This document shows, one piece after another, positions 1 through 10,855 of a stretch of DNA of 64,000 bases. The notes beneath the pieces were generated by a model. That model worked only from the letters and a program-made list of their open reading frames with translations, was not told the origin of the DNA and did no database searches. How positions within the stretch are numbered: the first letter of the stretch is position 1; every line of letters starts with the position of its first letter. The position numbers and the translations under genes were made by a program. Where the stretch lies: the NCBI GenBank assembly GCA_024998755.1, contig JACEUU010000002.1:3511-67510 (forward strand), written 5' to 3'. This DNA comes from Vampirovibrio sp. (GTDB lineage: Bacteria > Cyanobacteriota > Vampirovibrionia > Vampirovibrionales > JAJTHC01).

Positions 1-1
1 A

Positions 2-526
2 TTGGTGGTTTTAGAACGAGATGTGGCGAAACTAGAAGCCATCACCTTGCCGTTTCCTCGGATAACTTATGACGAGGCAATTAAGATTTTGCATCATCAT
101 GGGCGTACCGACGTGGTTTGGGGCGATGATTTGGGGGGCGATGAGGAAACCTTGGTTTCCCAAGCGTTTGATAAACCGGTGATTATTGAAAAATACCCTG
201 TAACGTTGAAGCCGTTTTACATGAAGCGGAATCCTGAAAACCCTCAGCAGGTGTTGAATATGGATATTATTGCTCCTGAAGGCTATGGCGAAATTGTGGG
301 GGGTAGCCAGCGGGAAGATGATTTGGCGGTGTTGGAAGGCTTAATTGCGGAACATGGGTTGGATGAAGATGTGTTTCGGTGGTATTTGGATTTACGCACT
401 TATGGGTCTGTACCCCATTCGGGCTTTGGTTTGGGGTTGGAGCGTTTGGTGGCTTGGGTTTGTGGGTTGCATCATGTGCGGGAATGTATCCCCTTCCCAA
501 GGTTGATGGATAGGTTAAGCCCTTAG
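2..526 (+). CDS. asnS: Asparagine--tRNA ligase, C-terminal part (5' end outside window)
   Basis: Class IIb synthetase motifs KPFYM, DIIAPEGYGEIVGGSQRE, WYLDLRTYGSVPHSGFGLGLER, IPFPR. Confidence 0.9.
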   Translation: MVVLERDVAKLEAITLPFPRITYDEAIKILHHHGRTDVVWGDDLGGDEETLVSQAFDKPVIIEKYPVTLKPFYMKRNPENPQQVLNMDIIAPEGYGEIVGGSQREDDLAVLEGLIAEHGLDEDVFRWYLDLRTYGSVPHSGFGLGLERLVAWVCGLHHVRECIPFPRLMDRLSP

Positions 527-552
527 GCTACTTTAGTTTTGGGCGTTGCGTG

Positions 553-980
553 CGGTGAAGACCCGCCCGCCGTTACCCCCTGCTTCGCACTCAACCCCGC
601 CGGCCCTCACCCTAGCCCTCTCCCAGAGGGAGAGGGAACTATGAACTCTAGTAATGGCGGGTTTTCGCCCTATCGGGTGGGGCAACTAACGCTTTAGAAA
701 CGGGCGGATGCAGTCAGCCCCTACACAATAGCCTAAACCATCGTCATGTTGAGCTTGTCGAAACATCCCCTTAGACCAATTATAGTATTTTGAATAATTA
801 ACCACCTATTTTAATGTAGGGGCGTAATTTATTACGCCCCTACACAATCCCCAAAAGGATGCGTTGCCCTGCATAGACCGTAGGGCTAGTAAATCGCACC
901 CCTACAGAGAAGCAGAAGAAAGAAACACTTCAAAATACTATACAGAGAACGAGATTCCTCGGCTACGCTCGGAATGACAA
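553..980. repeat. Cluster of REP-like palindromes of several families
   Basis: CCCTCACCCTAGCCCTCTCCCAGAGGGAGAGGG (~605-636); GTAG-type units ending CCCCTAC (~702-724, 816-843, 879-905); CGTC-type halves GTCATGTTGAGCTTGTCGAAACATC (~743-767) and GAGATTCCTCGGCTACGCTCGGAATGAC (951-978). Confidence 0.8.
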
Positions 981-1016
981 GACGATTTAATTCTTTGCCT
1001 ACCCCATAACTGGTGG

Positions 1017-1943
1017 TTATGGTTGCGGTTGAGGCTTTTTATTGCCCACTGAATACCCAATCCATGCACCAGCGGCCACCGTTGCTGCCGTAAGAGCGGC
1101 AATCCATCCCACTTTTCTACCTGCTCCGTGTAGCAGGTTTTCGATGCCTTCGGGGTTTTTTAACCCTTTAAATTTGTCAAAAGCATCCATTGCTTTAACT
1201 TGGTCGCTCATTAACATTTTTTTCAACTCCTCAACATTGGTTGGGTTAATATGAGGCTTTGTATCATCCTTTATCAATCCTAGCAAATGGTCAGATTCTT
1301 TTAACACCATTTTACCGTCTGCATCTTTCACCACATTAAAGGCAATAGTTTCTTTAGTACTGCTTACCTGTACACTGTTTTTATCTGTATGAACCCCAAA
1401 TTTTTCTCCTGCATTTATGGCTAATGCATCCATAGAACCTTGCTTTAAAGTAATATCACTCCCAGCCTCAATAAATCTGGTCAACAACTGTCCTTCATGC
1501 GGAGATTTGACAAAATGATTCCACTCCTTATCACCAACTTTGATTTCCCCTACAATGTCTTTTACCTTGTATTTTCCATCGGCTTTTTCCATTGTGTAAG
1601 TGTAGCCATCGTGCATAACCTTATCGCCTTCAATGGTTACAACATCTGTTTTCCCCGCTTTTACTTTCAGTTCCGTGGGTTGGTTCAGCGGCACAAACGC
1701 AGACCCTAAACCCCCAACAAACAATCCAGTACCACCACCAACCAACGTTGAAGCGATGGGGAATACGGATTTATCGGTTGGCGTTGCCATGGGGGTAAAG
1801 GTATCACCTTCTTCCGCTTGGGCTTTGCGGGGTATCCCTGCTGGGGTTTGGTCTTTAGACAATTGGTTATTGTTGAATTGGGTATTAACGCCATTGTTGT
1901 TGAATGGCATCGCATTAAAATTGCCGCTAGAAATACTACTCAT
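1017..1943 (-). CDS. Hypothetical protein with Asn-rich N-terminus and two Gly/Ala-rich hydrophobic segments
   Basis: 308 aa ORF with AGGAG upstream; segments IASTLVGGGTGLFVGGLG and VGWIAALTAATVAAGAWIGY; no family recognised. Confidence 0.75.
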   Translation of the reverse strand: MSSISSGNFNAMPFNNNGVNTQFNNNQLSKDQTPAGIPRKAQAEEGDTFTPMATPTDKSVFPIASTLVGGGTGLFVGGLGSAFVPLNQPTELKVKAGKTDVVTIEGDKVMHDGYTYTMEKADGKYKVKDIVGEIKVGDKEWNHFVKSPHEGQLLTRFIEAGSDITLKQGSMDALAINAGEKFGVHTDKNSVQVSSTKETIAFNVVKDADGKMVLKESDHLLGLIKDDTKPHINPTNVEELKKMLMSDQVKAMDAFDKFKGLKNPEGIENLLHGAGRKVGWIAALTAATVAAGAWIGYSVGNKKPQPQP

Positions 1944-2063
1944 CCTTAATTATCTCCTTGTTTATACCTAATTCACACCACTGTTGAGGTATTATAATTA
2001 AACACACTATCAGCATAAAAACCCCATCCCACTAAAAATGTGCTAGCAAGAATCAAAAAGCAA

Positions 2064-2133
2064 CGTCATGTTGAGCAAATGCGAAACATCCCCTGAGACG
2101 CTAAGGGGATTCCTCGGCTATGCTCGGAATGAC
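2064..2133. repeat. CGTC-type REP-like palindrome
   Basis: CGTCATGTTGAGC...AACATCCCC-TGAGACGCTAA-GGGGATTCCTCGGCTATGCTCGGAATGAC; both halves also occur at ~743 and 951; related to 33187-33255. Confidence 0.75.
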
Positions 2134-2175
2134 AAAACACGCTATTGAATCTATGAATGGGTACTAGAACTGACC

Positions 2176-2394
2176 CTTGATTTCCTCCCCACAATTCAAG
2201 TGCTTCTTGAAAAAATGGGATTTATTCAACCGACACTTGAAATGGTGGTAAAGAATCAAGTTTAGCCTCTGGCTAAAATGCTTGAAACCTAATCATTAGT
2301 AGCATCTTCAGGTTTTAAGTTGCTTAAACTGTCTTTAATCTTGAAATTTACCCTTTATTTCAAGTGGCACTTGAATGGTGGGTAAACAATCAAG
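2176..2394. repeat. MITE-like element with ~55 bp imperfect inverted ends
   Basis: Left CTTGATTTCCTCCCCACAATTCAAGTGCTTCTTGAAAAAATGGG resembles the reverse complement of the right end, CTTGATTGTTTACCCACCATTCAAGTGCCACTTGAAATAAAGGG; a third partial arm lies at ~2234-2260. Confidence 0.6.
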
Positions 2395-2473
2395 TTTTTT
2401 GGGTATTTTGCTTCTTTTTTGTTACCATTGAAGTATGAAATTCCCTTAAAATCATTTTAGAAAAAACCACAAA

Positions 2474-4033
2474 ATGTCTGATATTCACCCACCCCTCCCT
2501 TGGGATTTTTCGTTTTTAGAACCGTTTGAATCGGTAAAATCCCCTGATTTTATTAGCTTCTTGCCCCCATCCCCCCTCTCAACCCCAGTGCAATGGGGGC
2601 ATTATAATCACGCTTTTGCTGAAGAACTGGGTTTAGGGGCAATTCCCCCTGAAATTCTTTTACCAGTCCTCAGCGGAAATGCCGTTCTTACTGGGTCTAC
2701 ACCGTATGCGGTGGTTTATTCAGGGCATCAATTTGGCTATTACGTTCCCCAATTGGGCGATGGTAGAGCGACTACGATTGGCACACTATCAACGGCTTCC
2801 ATGGGGCTACAAACCTTGCAGTTAAAGGGGGCAGGGCAAACGCCTTATTCCCGTATGGGCGATGGGCGGGCGGTTTTGCGTTCCAGCATTCGGGAATATT
2901 TATGCAGTGAAGCGATGCAAGCCTTGGGCATTCCCACCACTCGGGCGTTGAGCTTAACCGTGGCGTTAGATGAACCCATTTACCGCGAAACCATTGAGCC
3001 TGCGGCGGTTGTGTGTAGGGTTGCTCCGTCGTTTTTGCGGTTTGGCAATTTTCAATTTTGGGCGAAATTGGGGCGTGTTGATGTTTTAACCGCACTGGCT
3101 GATTACACCATTAATCACCATATGCCTGAAATCAAATCGGCTGAAAACCCTTATACGGCATTGGTTTTAACTGTTGTGGAACGCACGGCAATATTGATGG
3201 CTCAATGGCAAAGCGTCGGGTTCTGCCACGGCGTAATGAATACCGATAATATGAGTATCCTAGGTTTGACGCTGGATTACGGGCCTTTCGGCTTTTTAGA
3301 TGCCTTTGACCCCGCCCATATTTGTAACCATAGCGATAATGGGGGGCGTTACGCTTATAATCAGCAACCCGCCGTGGGGCAGTGGAATGTGATGCAGTTT
3401 GTCAACGCCATCAAGCCGATTTTAGGTATTTCAGCAGACCAGTGGGAAGCCTTTGAAGACAAGTGTTTACGGCTTTATGAAACGAGCTTCTACAAGGCTT
3501 TTATGGGGCTTTATACCCAAAAATTAGGGTTGCCAACTTCCGTCATGAGCGAACCTTTTTTGAAGCAATTACTCCAGTGGATGGCGATTTTCCAGGTGGA
3601 TTATACCAATACCTTCCGTGGGTTTAGCCAGTTGCAAGCCCTTTTAAACGCTAGTTCTGCCAATGGTTTAGCGACGAATGAAGCCATTCTTGCTTGGAAA
3701 CAACAAACGCTGGGTGAAGGGTGTGTTAATCCTGAAAAAGAAGGATTGGTAGATGCGTGGTTAGTGGCTTATCAAGCCTTGTTATTGGCAGATACTGGGG
3801 TTTGCATAGAAGAACGTAAACGGCAAATGGATGCAGTGAATCCTAAGTTTCTTTTGCGGAATTACTTATTACAAGAAGCCATCGTTCAAGCCGAAGCAGG
3901 CGATTTCTCTGAAATAGACCGATTATTTCAGTTAATGAATGCCCCGTTTGATGAGCACCCTGAATTTGAAGCCCATTACACGCAACCCCCGCCTTCTTGG
4001 GCGAAAGCCTTGTGCATCAGCTGTTCATCGTAA
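2474..4033 (+). CDS. selO: Protein adenylyltransferase SelO (YdiU)
   Basis: YSGHQFG, QLGDGRA, LKGAGQTPYSRMGDGRAVLRSSIRE, HGVMNTDN, DYGPF and C-terminal CISCSS. Confidence 0.95.
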   Translation: MSDIHPPLPWDFSFLEPFESVKSPDFISFLPPSPLSTPVQWGHYNHAFAEELGLGAIPPEILLPVLSGNAVLTGSTPYAVVYSGHQFGYYVPQLGDGRATTIGTLSTASMGLQTLQLKGAGQTPYSRMGDGRAVLRSSIREYLCSEAMQALGIPTTRALSLTVALDEPIYRETIEPAAVVCRVAPSFLRFGNFQFWAKLGRVDVLTALADYTINHHMPEIKSAENPYTALVLTVVERTAILMAQWQSVGFCHGVMNTDNMSILGLTLDYGPFGFLDAFDPAHICNHSDNGGRYAYNQQPAVGQWNVMQFVNAIKPILGISADQWEAFEDKCLRLYETSFYKAFMGLYTQKLGLPTSVMSEPFLKQLLQWMAIFQVDYTNTFRGFSQLQALLNASSANGLATNEAILAWKQQTLGEGCVNPEKEGLVDAWLVAYQALLLADTGVCIEERKRQMDAVNPKFLLRNYLLQEAIVQAEAGDFSEIDRLFQLMNAPFDEHPEFEAHYTQPPPSWAKALCISCSS

Positions 4034-4777
4034 TTAACGCCCCCGAAAAAAGGTGGCAACTTGGGCTAAAGCTTTGCCTCTGTGGCTAATGGCGTTTTTT
4101 TCAGCCATGCTCCACTGTGCCATGGTTCGGTCTGAAAGTTCGCCTGTAGCTTCGTCAATCCCAAAAGAAATAAGAGGGTAAACCATTGGGTCATACCCAA
4201 ACCCATTCGTCCCAAGCAGTTCAGGCGTTGGAGCAACGCTAACAGGACAAAGCCCTTCCATCGTATGCATTTTGCCAGATGAAACTTCTAACAACACCAT
4301 TGCACAATGATAAGCCCCTTTACGATTAGGGTTATCTCCTAACAAGCGAAAAACTGCCATACACCGCTGCGGATGCGTAATAGGGCTTTCAAAAGCTGGT
4401 GCATCTTCATCTTCTCCCAACAAAAGGCCTCGTCGTTCCGTCGTTAACCACCGATTAGACTGCACCCCCGGAAAAAGCGGCAACCCATACTGCCCTGCCA
4501 AGGCCTCGACGGAAAAGCCCGAATCATCGCCCAAAACCCACTGGCAATTGGCATCTTTGGCTTGTTGGTAGGCGAATTGCACTTTCAATAGGGCATTGGC
4601 GGTAAAGGTATCGCCTGTTTCTTCCAGCCCCTCAAGGCTTTTGGGTAATACCACTGTGATGGGTAAATTTTCCTGCGTGAAATACGCCTGCATTTCTTCC
4701 AGCTTATGGACATTTTCAGACGCTATCATTAAGCGGATGGTGGTTGGTGAAGTGGGGGGTGTTTGGTGCATAGCCAA
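4034..4777 (-). CDS. rdgB: Non-canonical purine NTP pyrophosphatase (RdgB/HAM1)
   Basis: ETGDTFTANALLK, DDSG, GFGYDP, EKNAISHRGKA; start uncertain (TTG at 4777 or ATG at 4771). Confidence 0.9.
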   Translation of the reverse strand: MAMHQTPPTSPTTIRLMIASENVHKLEEMQAYFTQENLPITVVLPKSLEGLEETGDTFTANALLKVQFAYQQAKDANCQWVLGDDSGFSVEALAGQYGLPLFPGVQSNRWLTTERRGLLLGEDEDAPAFESPITHPQRCMAVFRLLGDNPNRKGAYHCAMVLLEVSSGKMHTMEGLCPVSVAPTPELLGTNGFGYDPMVYPLISFGIDEATGELSDRTMAQWSMAEKNAISHRGKALAQVATFFRGR

Positions 4778-5622
4778 GCGATTCTTTCATATTGCCAGTT
4801 GATAAACGAATTGGGAAGCGGGTTTTCCAGTTTTACCCATGTTAGTTGCTGCTGAAGGGCATCAGGCAATTGCTGAAATAACTGTTCCTGCTGGGCGGCT
4901 TCTTCAGGCGTTAAGTTGATAATCAACAGAACACCGCCCTGTGTCAATAGCGAAACGCACTGGGTTAGTATCGCCAGTGGTTTAAACTGTTGCGTGGGCA
5001 AGCCCCAACTGACCAACGGGTCTTCAAACACGAAGGGCAGAAACAGAGAAATTCCTTCGTATTGCTGGGTTTCTTCAAGCATATCGCCACTACGGTAGGT
5101 GGTGTTGGGTAGCAAGTTTACAATCCCGTTGGCATAGGCGGTACGGCTAATGCCTTGAGCGTCTAACCGCCCCGCATCGAGTTCGATGCCTGTTAGTTGC
5201 CAAGGGATTTCTAGGTTAATCCAGTGTTGAAGAAACACCGCCAAGGCGGGGGCGTAGGCGAAGTTTTTACTGCCAACATCTAACCAGCGGAGTGGCTTCG
5301 CTGGTTTTGGGGGCGATGGAAAGGCTGGGTGATGGAGAAAAACAGAAAGCCATTCCAGTGTTTGGAGGCTTTCCAGCCCTGCCCATGTGGTTGCGGGGGG
5401 CAGGAAGCGGGTTAGCTTTTCTGGGGTGAAGTGTGTTTCAAGCTGGTTGAAGGCTTCTGAAGCGAAGGGTTGTTTTTGGTGCTTCTGCACGGAAGCGTTT
5501 AACGCCCATTGGTCGGGTGGTATGGGTTTTTTTGGGGTTTTTGACTTGTTTTCAGCGTTAAACCGAAGGATGTTAATCCAGTTTTTAAGTAATCGGAACA
5601 CTTGGGGAAGCCTTTTTAGCAA
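4729..5622 (-). CDS. Putative class I SAM-dependent methyltransferase-fold protein
   Basis: WLDVGS motif-I-like segment, LTGIELD, LLTQGGVLLI. Confidence 0.55.
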   Translation of the reverse strand: MLKRLPQVFRLLKNWINILRFNAENKSKTPKKPIPPDQWALNASVQKHQKQPFASEAFNQLETHFTPEKLTRFLPPATTWAGLESLQTLEWLSVFLHHPAFPSPPKPAKPLRWLDVGSKNFAYAPALAVFLQHWINLEIPWQLTGIELDAGRLDAQGISRTAYANGIVNLLPNTTYRSGDMLEETQQYEGISLFLPFVFEDPLVSWGLPTQQFKPLAILTQCVSLLTQGGVLLIINLTPEEAAQQEQLFQQLPDALQQQLTWVKLENPLPNSFINWQYERIAWLCTKHPPLHQPPSA

Positions 5623-5900
5623 TGGATGGCGTAAAGACTTTATTATACTCTATTAATTTTTAAGCTTGCGTTTGTAATTGATACACACTAAACGATTAAA
5701 TAGCGTACCAACCAGTAGGAACGACCATCGCGTTTGCTCTGCAGTCGTCGATGCGTTCCGTCCACCAAAGGAGCGAAAAAAGCATCCCCCCGTCAGTGCC
5801 CTTGTGGCATAGGGGGGTGTTTTTTCGGGGGTTTTTAGGGGCTTGCCCCTGAATTTGTGGGGGGTGTCGGGGGGTGCCCAAACAGGCATCCCCTTATGTG

Positions 5901-6068
5901 TTGGTAGAACAAAACGGTGCTAGTCGATCGTCCATTCCCCTCGGCTCCAAACAACCGATTGTCAGCAAGATCACTAGCACCGTTTTACAAGGGATGCCAT
6001 TTGAACAGATGCCCGAACTCTAACGTTCGTACCATAAGGCTAAATCCAAATCCCTATTTTTCTACCAA
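5901..6068 (+). ncRNA. Predicted IS110 bridge RNA (target-binding and donor-binding loops)
   Basis: Two stem/internal-loop/stem domains whose loop segments match both IS junctions (see findings); exact RNA ends unknown. Confidence 0.8.
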
Positions 6069-6081
6069 AGGAAATCCTACC

Positions 6082-7005
<924 letters not shown>

Positions 7006-7045
7006 CACAGATGCTGACAAACCAACCAGCGAAAAGCGTTAGCGG

Positions 7046-7978
7046 TATAGCTGTTCCAAAAGTTATTGAGCCATTTTAAAGGCTTGGTCAATGGCTTCAT
7101 CTAAAGATAAGGTATCGGTTAGTAACCGACGAATTCTCGCCTTCAACGCCGACCAAAATCGCTCAATCGGATTCAAATCAGGACTGTAAGGCGGTAAAAA
7201 CAACAACCGACAACCCGCAGATTCAATCAGCTGTTGAATCTCCCAAGATTTATGAAAACTCGCATTATCCCCAATGACCGTCATCCCCGCCGTTAAACTC
7301 GGTAACAACTCATGTTCAACCCACGTCAAAATAACCTCGGTATTACAATAGCCCTTAAAACACCACGGGGCTAATGGCTTTCCACCCTGTAACCCTGCTA
7401 TAATAGAGGTACGTTCGGTGCGTTGACCACTAATTTCCTCCTGCACCCGTTCACCTTTAGGGGAACGACCATACAAGCGTTCAACGCTTCTACGGTCAAC
7501 CCCACATTCATCCACAAACACAAGACTGGCGGGCGTTAGCGGTTCTATCTCCTGCTTATAAACTGTGCGTTTGGCTTCACTTCGTTCTCGGTAGAGCGTG
7601 CTTTTTTTTACGGCTAATGCCGAGTTTAATGAGGTTGTAGGAGATGGTGGATTTTTTAGAACCGAGCAAGAGAGCCAATTCGTCCAAATAGGCACTGGGG
7701 TTGGCTTTTTGTATGGCGAGTAGTTGGTTTCTGTCGATGCTTGTTGCGGTGGTTGCCCCTGGTTTTTTGGGGATGAGACAGGTTCGTTTGACCCATCGTT
7801 TGACGGTGGCGAGACTGACTTTGAATCGGATGACGGTGGCTTGTTGTGTTTCTTTTTCTTGATTGATGCAATCAACGACTCGTTGTCTTAAATCGACGCT
7901 ATATGCCATAGATGAATCCTCCTTTTTCGTGAACGTTATCCTCCTTATTATAGCTCAATAATTATTGGAACAGCTATA
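7046..7978 (-). mobile_element. IS630-family element A, copy 1
   Basis: Ends TA-TAGCTGTTCCAA; HTH ORF 7577-7909 and DDE ORF 7063-7875 (VFVDE, GDNASFH, PPYSPDLNPIE) overlap at an A8G run, consistent with a -1 frameshift. Confidence 0.95.
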
Positions 7979-8065
7979 TGATTTGAAGCTTAAAATTTTA
8001 GCCTAAATCAAGCAATAATACCTATTCCGCAATTTGGTTAGGAGGCGTAAAAAATTATTGAGCCT

Positions 8066-8132
8066 GTAGGGGCGTGATTTATCACGTCCGTCTGAAGATT
8101 TACAGAAACGGGCGGATGCAATCCGCCCCTAC
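8066..8132. repeat. GTAG-type REP doublet (REPIN-like)
   Basis: GTAGGGGCGTGATTTATCACGTCC ... GGGCGGATGCAATCCGCCCCTAC in inverted arrangement. Confidence 0.75.
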
Positions 8133-8169
8133 ACTAAATGGAGTCAAAAAATTTTAAAAAACGATACTA

Positions 8170-8198
8170 TTGGCACAAAGGTGTGTTTCCACTATAGT
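8170..8198 (+). promoter_or_regulatory. Possible sigma70 promoter of yajQ
   Basis: TTGGCA-17 nt-TATAGT. Confidence 0.45.
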
Positions 8199-8245
8199 AA
8201 AGAGGTAGTTGTTTTTTGATTTTTAAGTATAAGGAGATGGATGTA

Positions 8246-8761
8246 ATGATGATGATGGCAAGCGGTGAAGCCAGTTTTGACGTAGTTTCAGAATTTGATG
8301 CCCAAGAATTAACCAACGCCCTAGACCAAGTAAAACGAGAAATTGGTGCACGGTTTGACCTAAAAGACGCCAACACTGAAATGGATTTAGGCAAAGATAC
8401 GCTAACCATTACCACCGCAGATGAAACCAAACTAAAAAACGTGATACTAATTATTGAAGAACGCCTCATTAAACGTGGACTTTCTCCGTTTTTGCTAGAT
8501 ACGCAAACGACCAGCCCTGAAGCCGCTTTAGGCGGTAGGGTGCGGCAAGAATTTCCGTTAAAAACAGGGATTGATTCTGATTTAGCCCGTAAGGTAGTGG
8601 CGGAAATTAAAGGTTTGAAACTCAAAGTACAATCTGCCATACAGGGCGAACAAGTGCGGGTTTCAGGCAAAAGCAGAGACGATTTGCAAGCCGTTATGGC
8701 ACACCTTCGTCAAAGTGCTGCAAAGTGGGAAGTACCCCTTCAGTTCAATAATTTTAGATAG
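8246..8761 (+). CDS. yajQ: YajQ family nucleotide/c-di-GMP-binding protein
   Basis: SFDVVSEFD, RFDLKD, KVQSAIQGEQVRVSGKSRDDLQ, LQFNNFR; begins within an ATGx4 run downstream of AAGGAG. Confidence 0.93.
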   Translation: MMMMASGEASFDVVSEFDAQELTNALDQVKREIGARFDLKDANTEMDLGKDTLTITTADETKLKNVILIIEERLIKRGLSPFLLDTQTTSPEAALGGRVRQEFPLKTGIDSDLARKVVAEIKGLKLKVQSAIQGEQVRVSGKSRDDLQAVMAHLRQSAAKWEVPLQFNNFR

Positions 8762-8778
8762 ATAGGAATCTGCATCCC

Positions 8779-10107
8779 TTGTCTCAAGCCATTTCCGCCA
8801 CTGAATCTACTGTTGTTATAGAACATTCCAAACCGAATTCGCCCCTCATGGGTCAAACTAAAAGGTACCTGTTTTGGGTCTTTTTAGGTTGCTGGTTAGG
8901 AGGTATTTTTGATGGTATGGATTCTAGCCTAATGCACATTGTTCTACCCGATGCCGTTGGTGAACTGGTCGGAAAATCAGTCGGTACGGCGGTTACTAGC
9001 CAAGTAGCCAGCTGGGTATCAACCGTTTTCTTGTTGGGGTGGATGCTGGGCGGTATAATTTTTGGTAGGCTGGGCGATACGCTTGGGCGTGTAAAAGCAA
9101 TGGTCTTCAGCATTCTGTTATATTCTTTGTTTACAGGGCTTTGCGGTTTTGCCCATAGTTGGCAGGAATTGGCGGCTTATCGGTTTTTAACAGGCGTAGG
9201 AATTGGCGGAGAGTTGGTTAGTATCGCCACTTTTTTAAGCGAAGTTTGGCCTAAGAAAACCAAAGCCATCGCCATTGGATGCCTATTAACTTCATACCAA
9301 GTAGGGGTTTTTTTAGCCGGCGGGCTAAACTTTTTACTGCATGATTGGCGGCAAGTGTTTTTTGTAGGTGCGTTACCCGCCTTGTTAGTGCTTTTCTTAA
9401 GGTTGTTTCTGAAGGAAAGTCCGCTTTGGATTGCTACTCAAGAAGCTCATGCTCATACTGAATTGCTGTTAGATGATGCAGGCGAAATCATTAGACCCCC
9501 TAGTCTGTGGCAGTCTTTTAGAGAAAAAGACCAACTGCGGTCGCTTATTGTAGGGTCTTTAGCTTTTACAGGGTTATTAGTTGGTTATTGGGCTAGCTTG
9601 GCTTGGATACCCATGTGGATTCATTCCTTAGAAAACGTGCCACCCAATGCCAAAAGTTTCGCTACCATGGTGCAAGGGTCTGTTGCCATTTTGGGTTGCC
9701 TATTGGGTGGACCGTTATGTGATGCTGTTGGGCGTAGATGGTCGATTGTTATTGCTGGACTAGGATGCTTTGGGGCTTCTGCATGGTTGTTTTTAGGGCA
9801 TCCTACTGCGTTTGTTCCCTCGGTTTATTGGGCTAGCGGTGCGTTGGGCTTCTTTATTGGCTTGTCGCAATCTAGCTTGTATATTTATTTACCCGAATTA
9901 TTTGAAACAAAAATTAGAGCGACTGCGACAGGTACTTGCCTCAATTTAGGCAGATTCGCTACAGCCATTGCGGTTTTGTTTATGGGTGTTGTTGTTCAAA
10001 GTTTAGGTGGCTATGGTAATGCTGCCTTTGCCTTTGGTTTTTCATACTTGATAGGCACTTTGGTCATGTTTTGGGCAAAAGAAACGAAGGACGCTTCTTT
10101 ACTTTAA
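8779..10107 (+). CDS. MFS transporter
   Basis: Multiple TM segments; GRLGDTLGR motif A, RFLTGVGIGGE, PELFETKIRATA. Confidence 0.9.
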   Translation: MSQAISATESTVVIEHSKPNSPLMGQTKRYLFWVFLGCWLGGIFDGMDSSLMHIVLPDAVGELVGKSVGTAVTSQVASWVSTVFLLGWMLGGIIFGRLGDTLGRVKAMVFSILLYSLFTGLCGFAHSWQELAAYRFLTGVGIGGELVSIATFLSEVWPKKTKAIAIGCLLTSYQVGVFLAGGLNFLLHDWRQVFFVGALPALLVLFLRLFLKESPLWIATQEAHAHTELLLDDAGEIIRPPSLWQSFREKDQLRSLIVGSLAFTGLLVGYWASLAWIPMWIHSLENVPPNAKSFATMVQGSVAILGCLLGGPLCDAVGRRWSIVIAGLGCFGASAWLFLGHPTAFVPSVYWASGALGFFIGLSQSSLYIYLPELFETKIRATATGTCLNLGRFATAIAVLFMGVVVQSLGGYGNAAFAFGFSYLIGTLVMFWAKETKDASLL

Positions 10108-10111
10108 AGCA

Positions 10112-10855
10112 TTACATTTGGGTACGGAAAACTTTTGAACTTTCTTCTTTTAGAAAGAGAATGGCTTCTACATCTTCTTGTTCCACCAATTCTAAGCGAA
10201 CTAAAATTTCCCCAATATTGGTGCGTTCACCCATAGCAACCGTAATGTATTGTTGCGTTAACAGGGCTTGCTCCATATCCTCTTCCGTAATGCGTTGAGA
10301 CTGTACCAAGTATTCTCCCAGCCTTGTTTTATTGCCTAAATACCGCATTGTCGCATCAATGGTTAAAGAAATAGACGGCTCTATGTAACCCGTTGCAATC
10401 GTATCACACAATAAAATGCAGCATTTTTCCAATGTCCAATGCAGTTCTGTACAAATATTGGCTACATTTAATCCATTTTTACAGAATTTTAACAATTGTT
10501 GCACATCCTTAGAAACATTAGCACTCGGGTTCAATATTTCATTCTTCCCACGAGTCGCTAGAATAGGGTCCCAAAGTTGCAAGAAGTGTTGTTTGTCCAA
10601 CGTCTTAATGGTTTTGGCACTCATTTCTTTTTCAAGTGCATCGCGTAAATCTGTATAGATAACTTGTCTAATCCATAAAGGTAAAGAATTAATAGATAGG
10701 AGTAAATGATCTAATTGCGTTTCTCCTGAAGTTTGCGGCGTTAAAATGCCATTAATATTGAAAGAAGATTCAGGTGTTTTTGCTACACTTGGTGATGGAG
10801 ATACTGTAGCTTGAGGATGTAAATTGGGGTTTTGTGAGGGGGGTAACATAGCCAT
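10112..10855 (-). CDS. Protein with C-terminal MshEN/GSPII_N-like repeats
   Basis: RLGEYLVQSQRITEEDMEQALLTQ followed by NIGEILVRLELVEQEDVEAIL. Confidence 0.65.
   Translation of the reverse strand: MAMLPPSQNPNLHPQATVSPSPSVAKTPESSFNINGILTPQTSGETQLDHLLLSINSLPLWIRQVIYTDLRDALEKEMSAKTIKTLDKQHFLQLWDPILATRGKNEILNPSANVSKDVQQLLKFCKNGLNVANICTELHWTLEKCCILLCDTIATGYIEPSISLTIDATMRYLGNKTRLGEYLVQSQRITEEDMEQALLTQQYITVAMGERTNIGEILVRLELVEQEDVEAILFLKEESSKVFRTQM

Noticed and set aside
553-980. Repeat cluster as a CRISPR array
   Set aside because: Units differ in sequence and spacing, and no cas genes are present in the window
4010-4036. Selenocysteine at the SelO C-terminus
   Set aside because: The gene ends CISCSS-TAA with Cys codons and no TGA
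5653-6081. Short ORFs 5653-5889 and 5696-5881, and the N-terminal extension of 5917-6255
   Set aside because: They overlie hairpin repeats and the predicted bridge RNA; the recombinase start is ATG 6082
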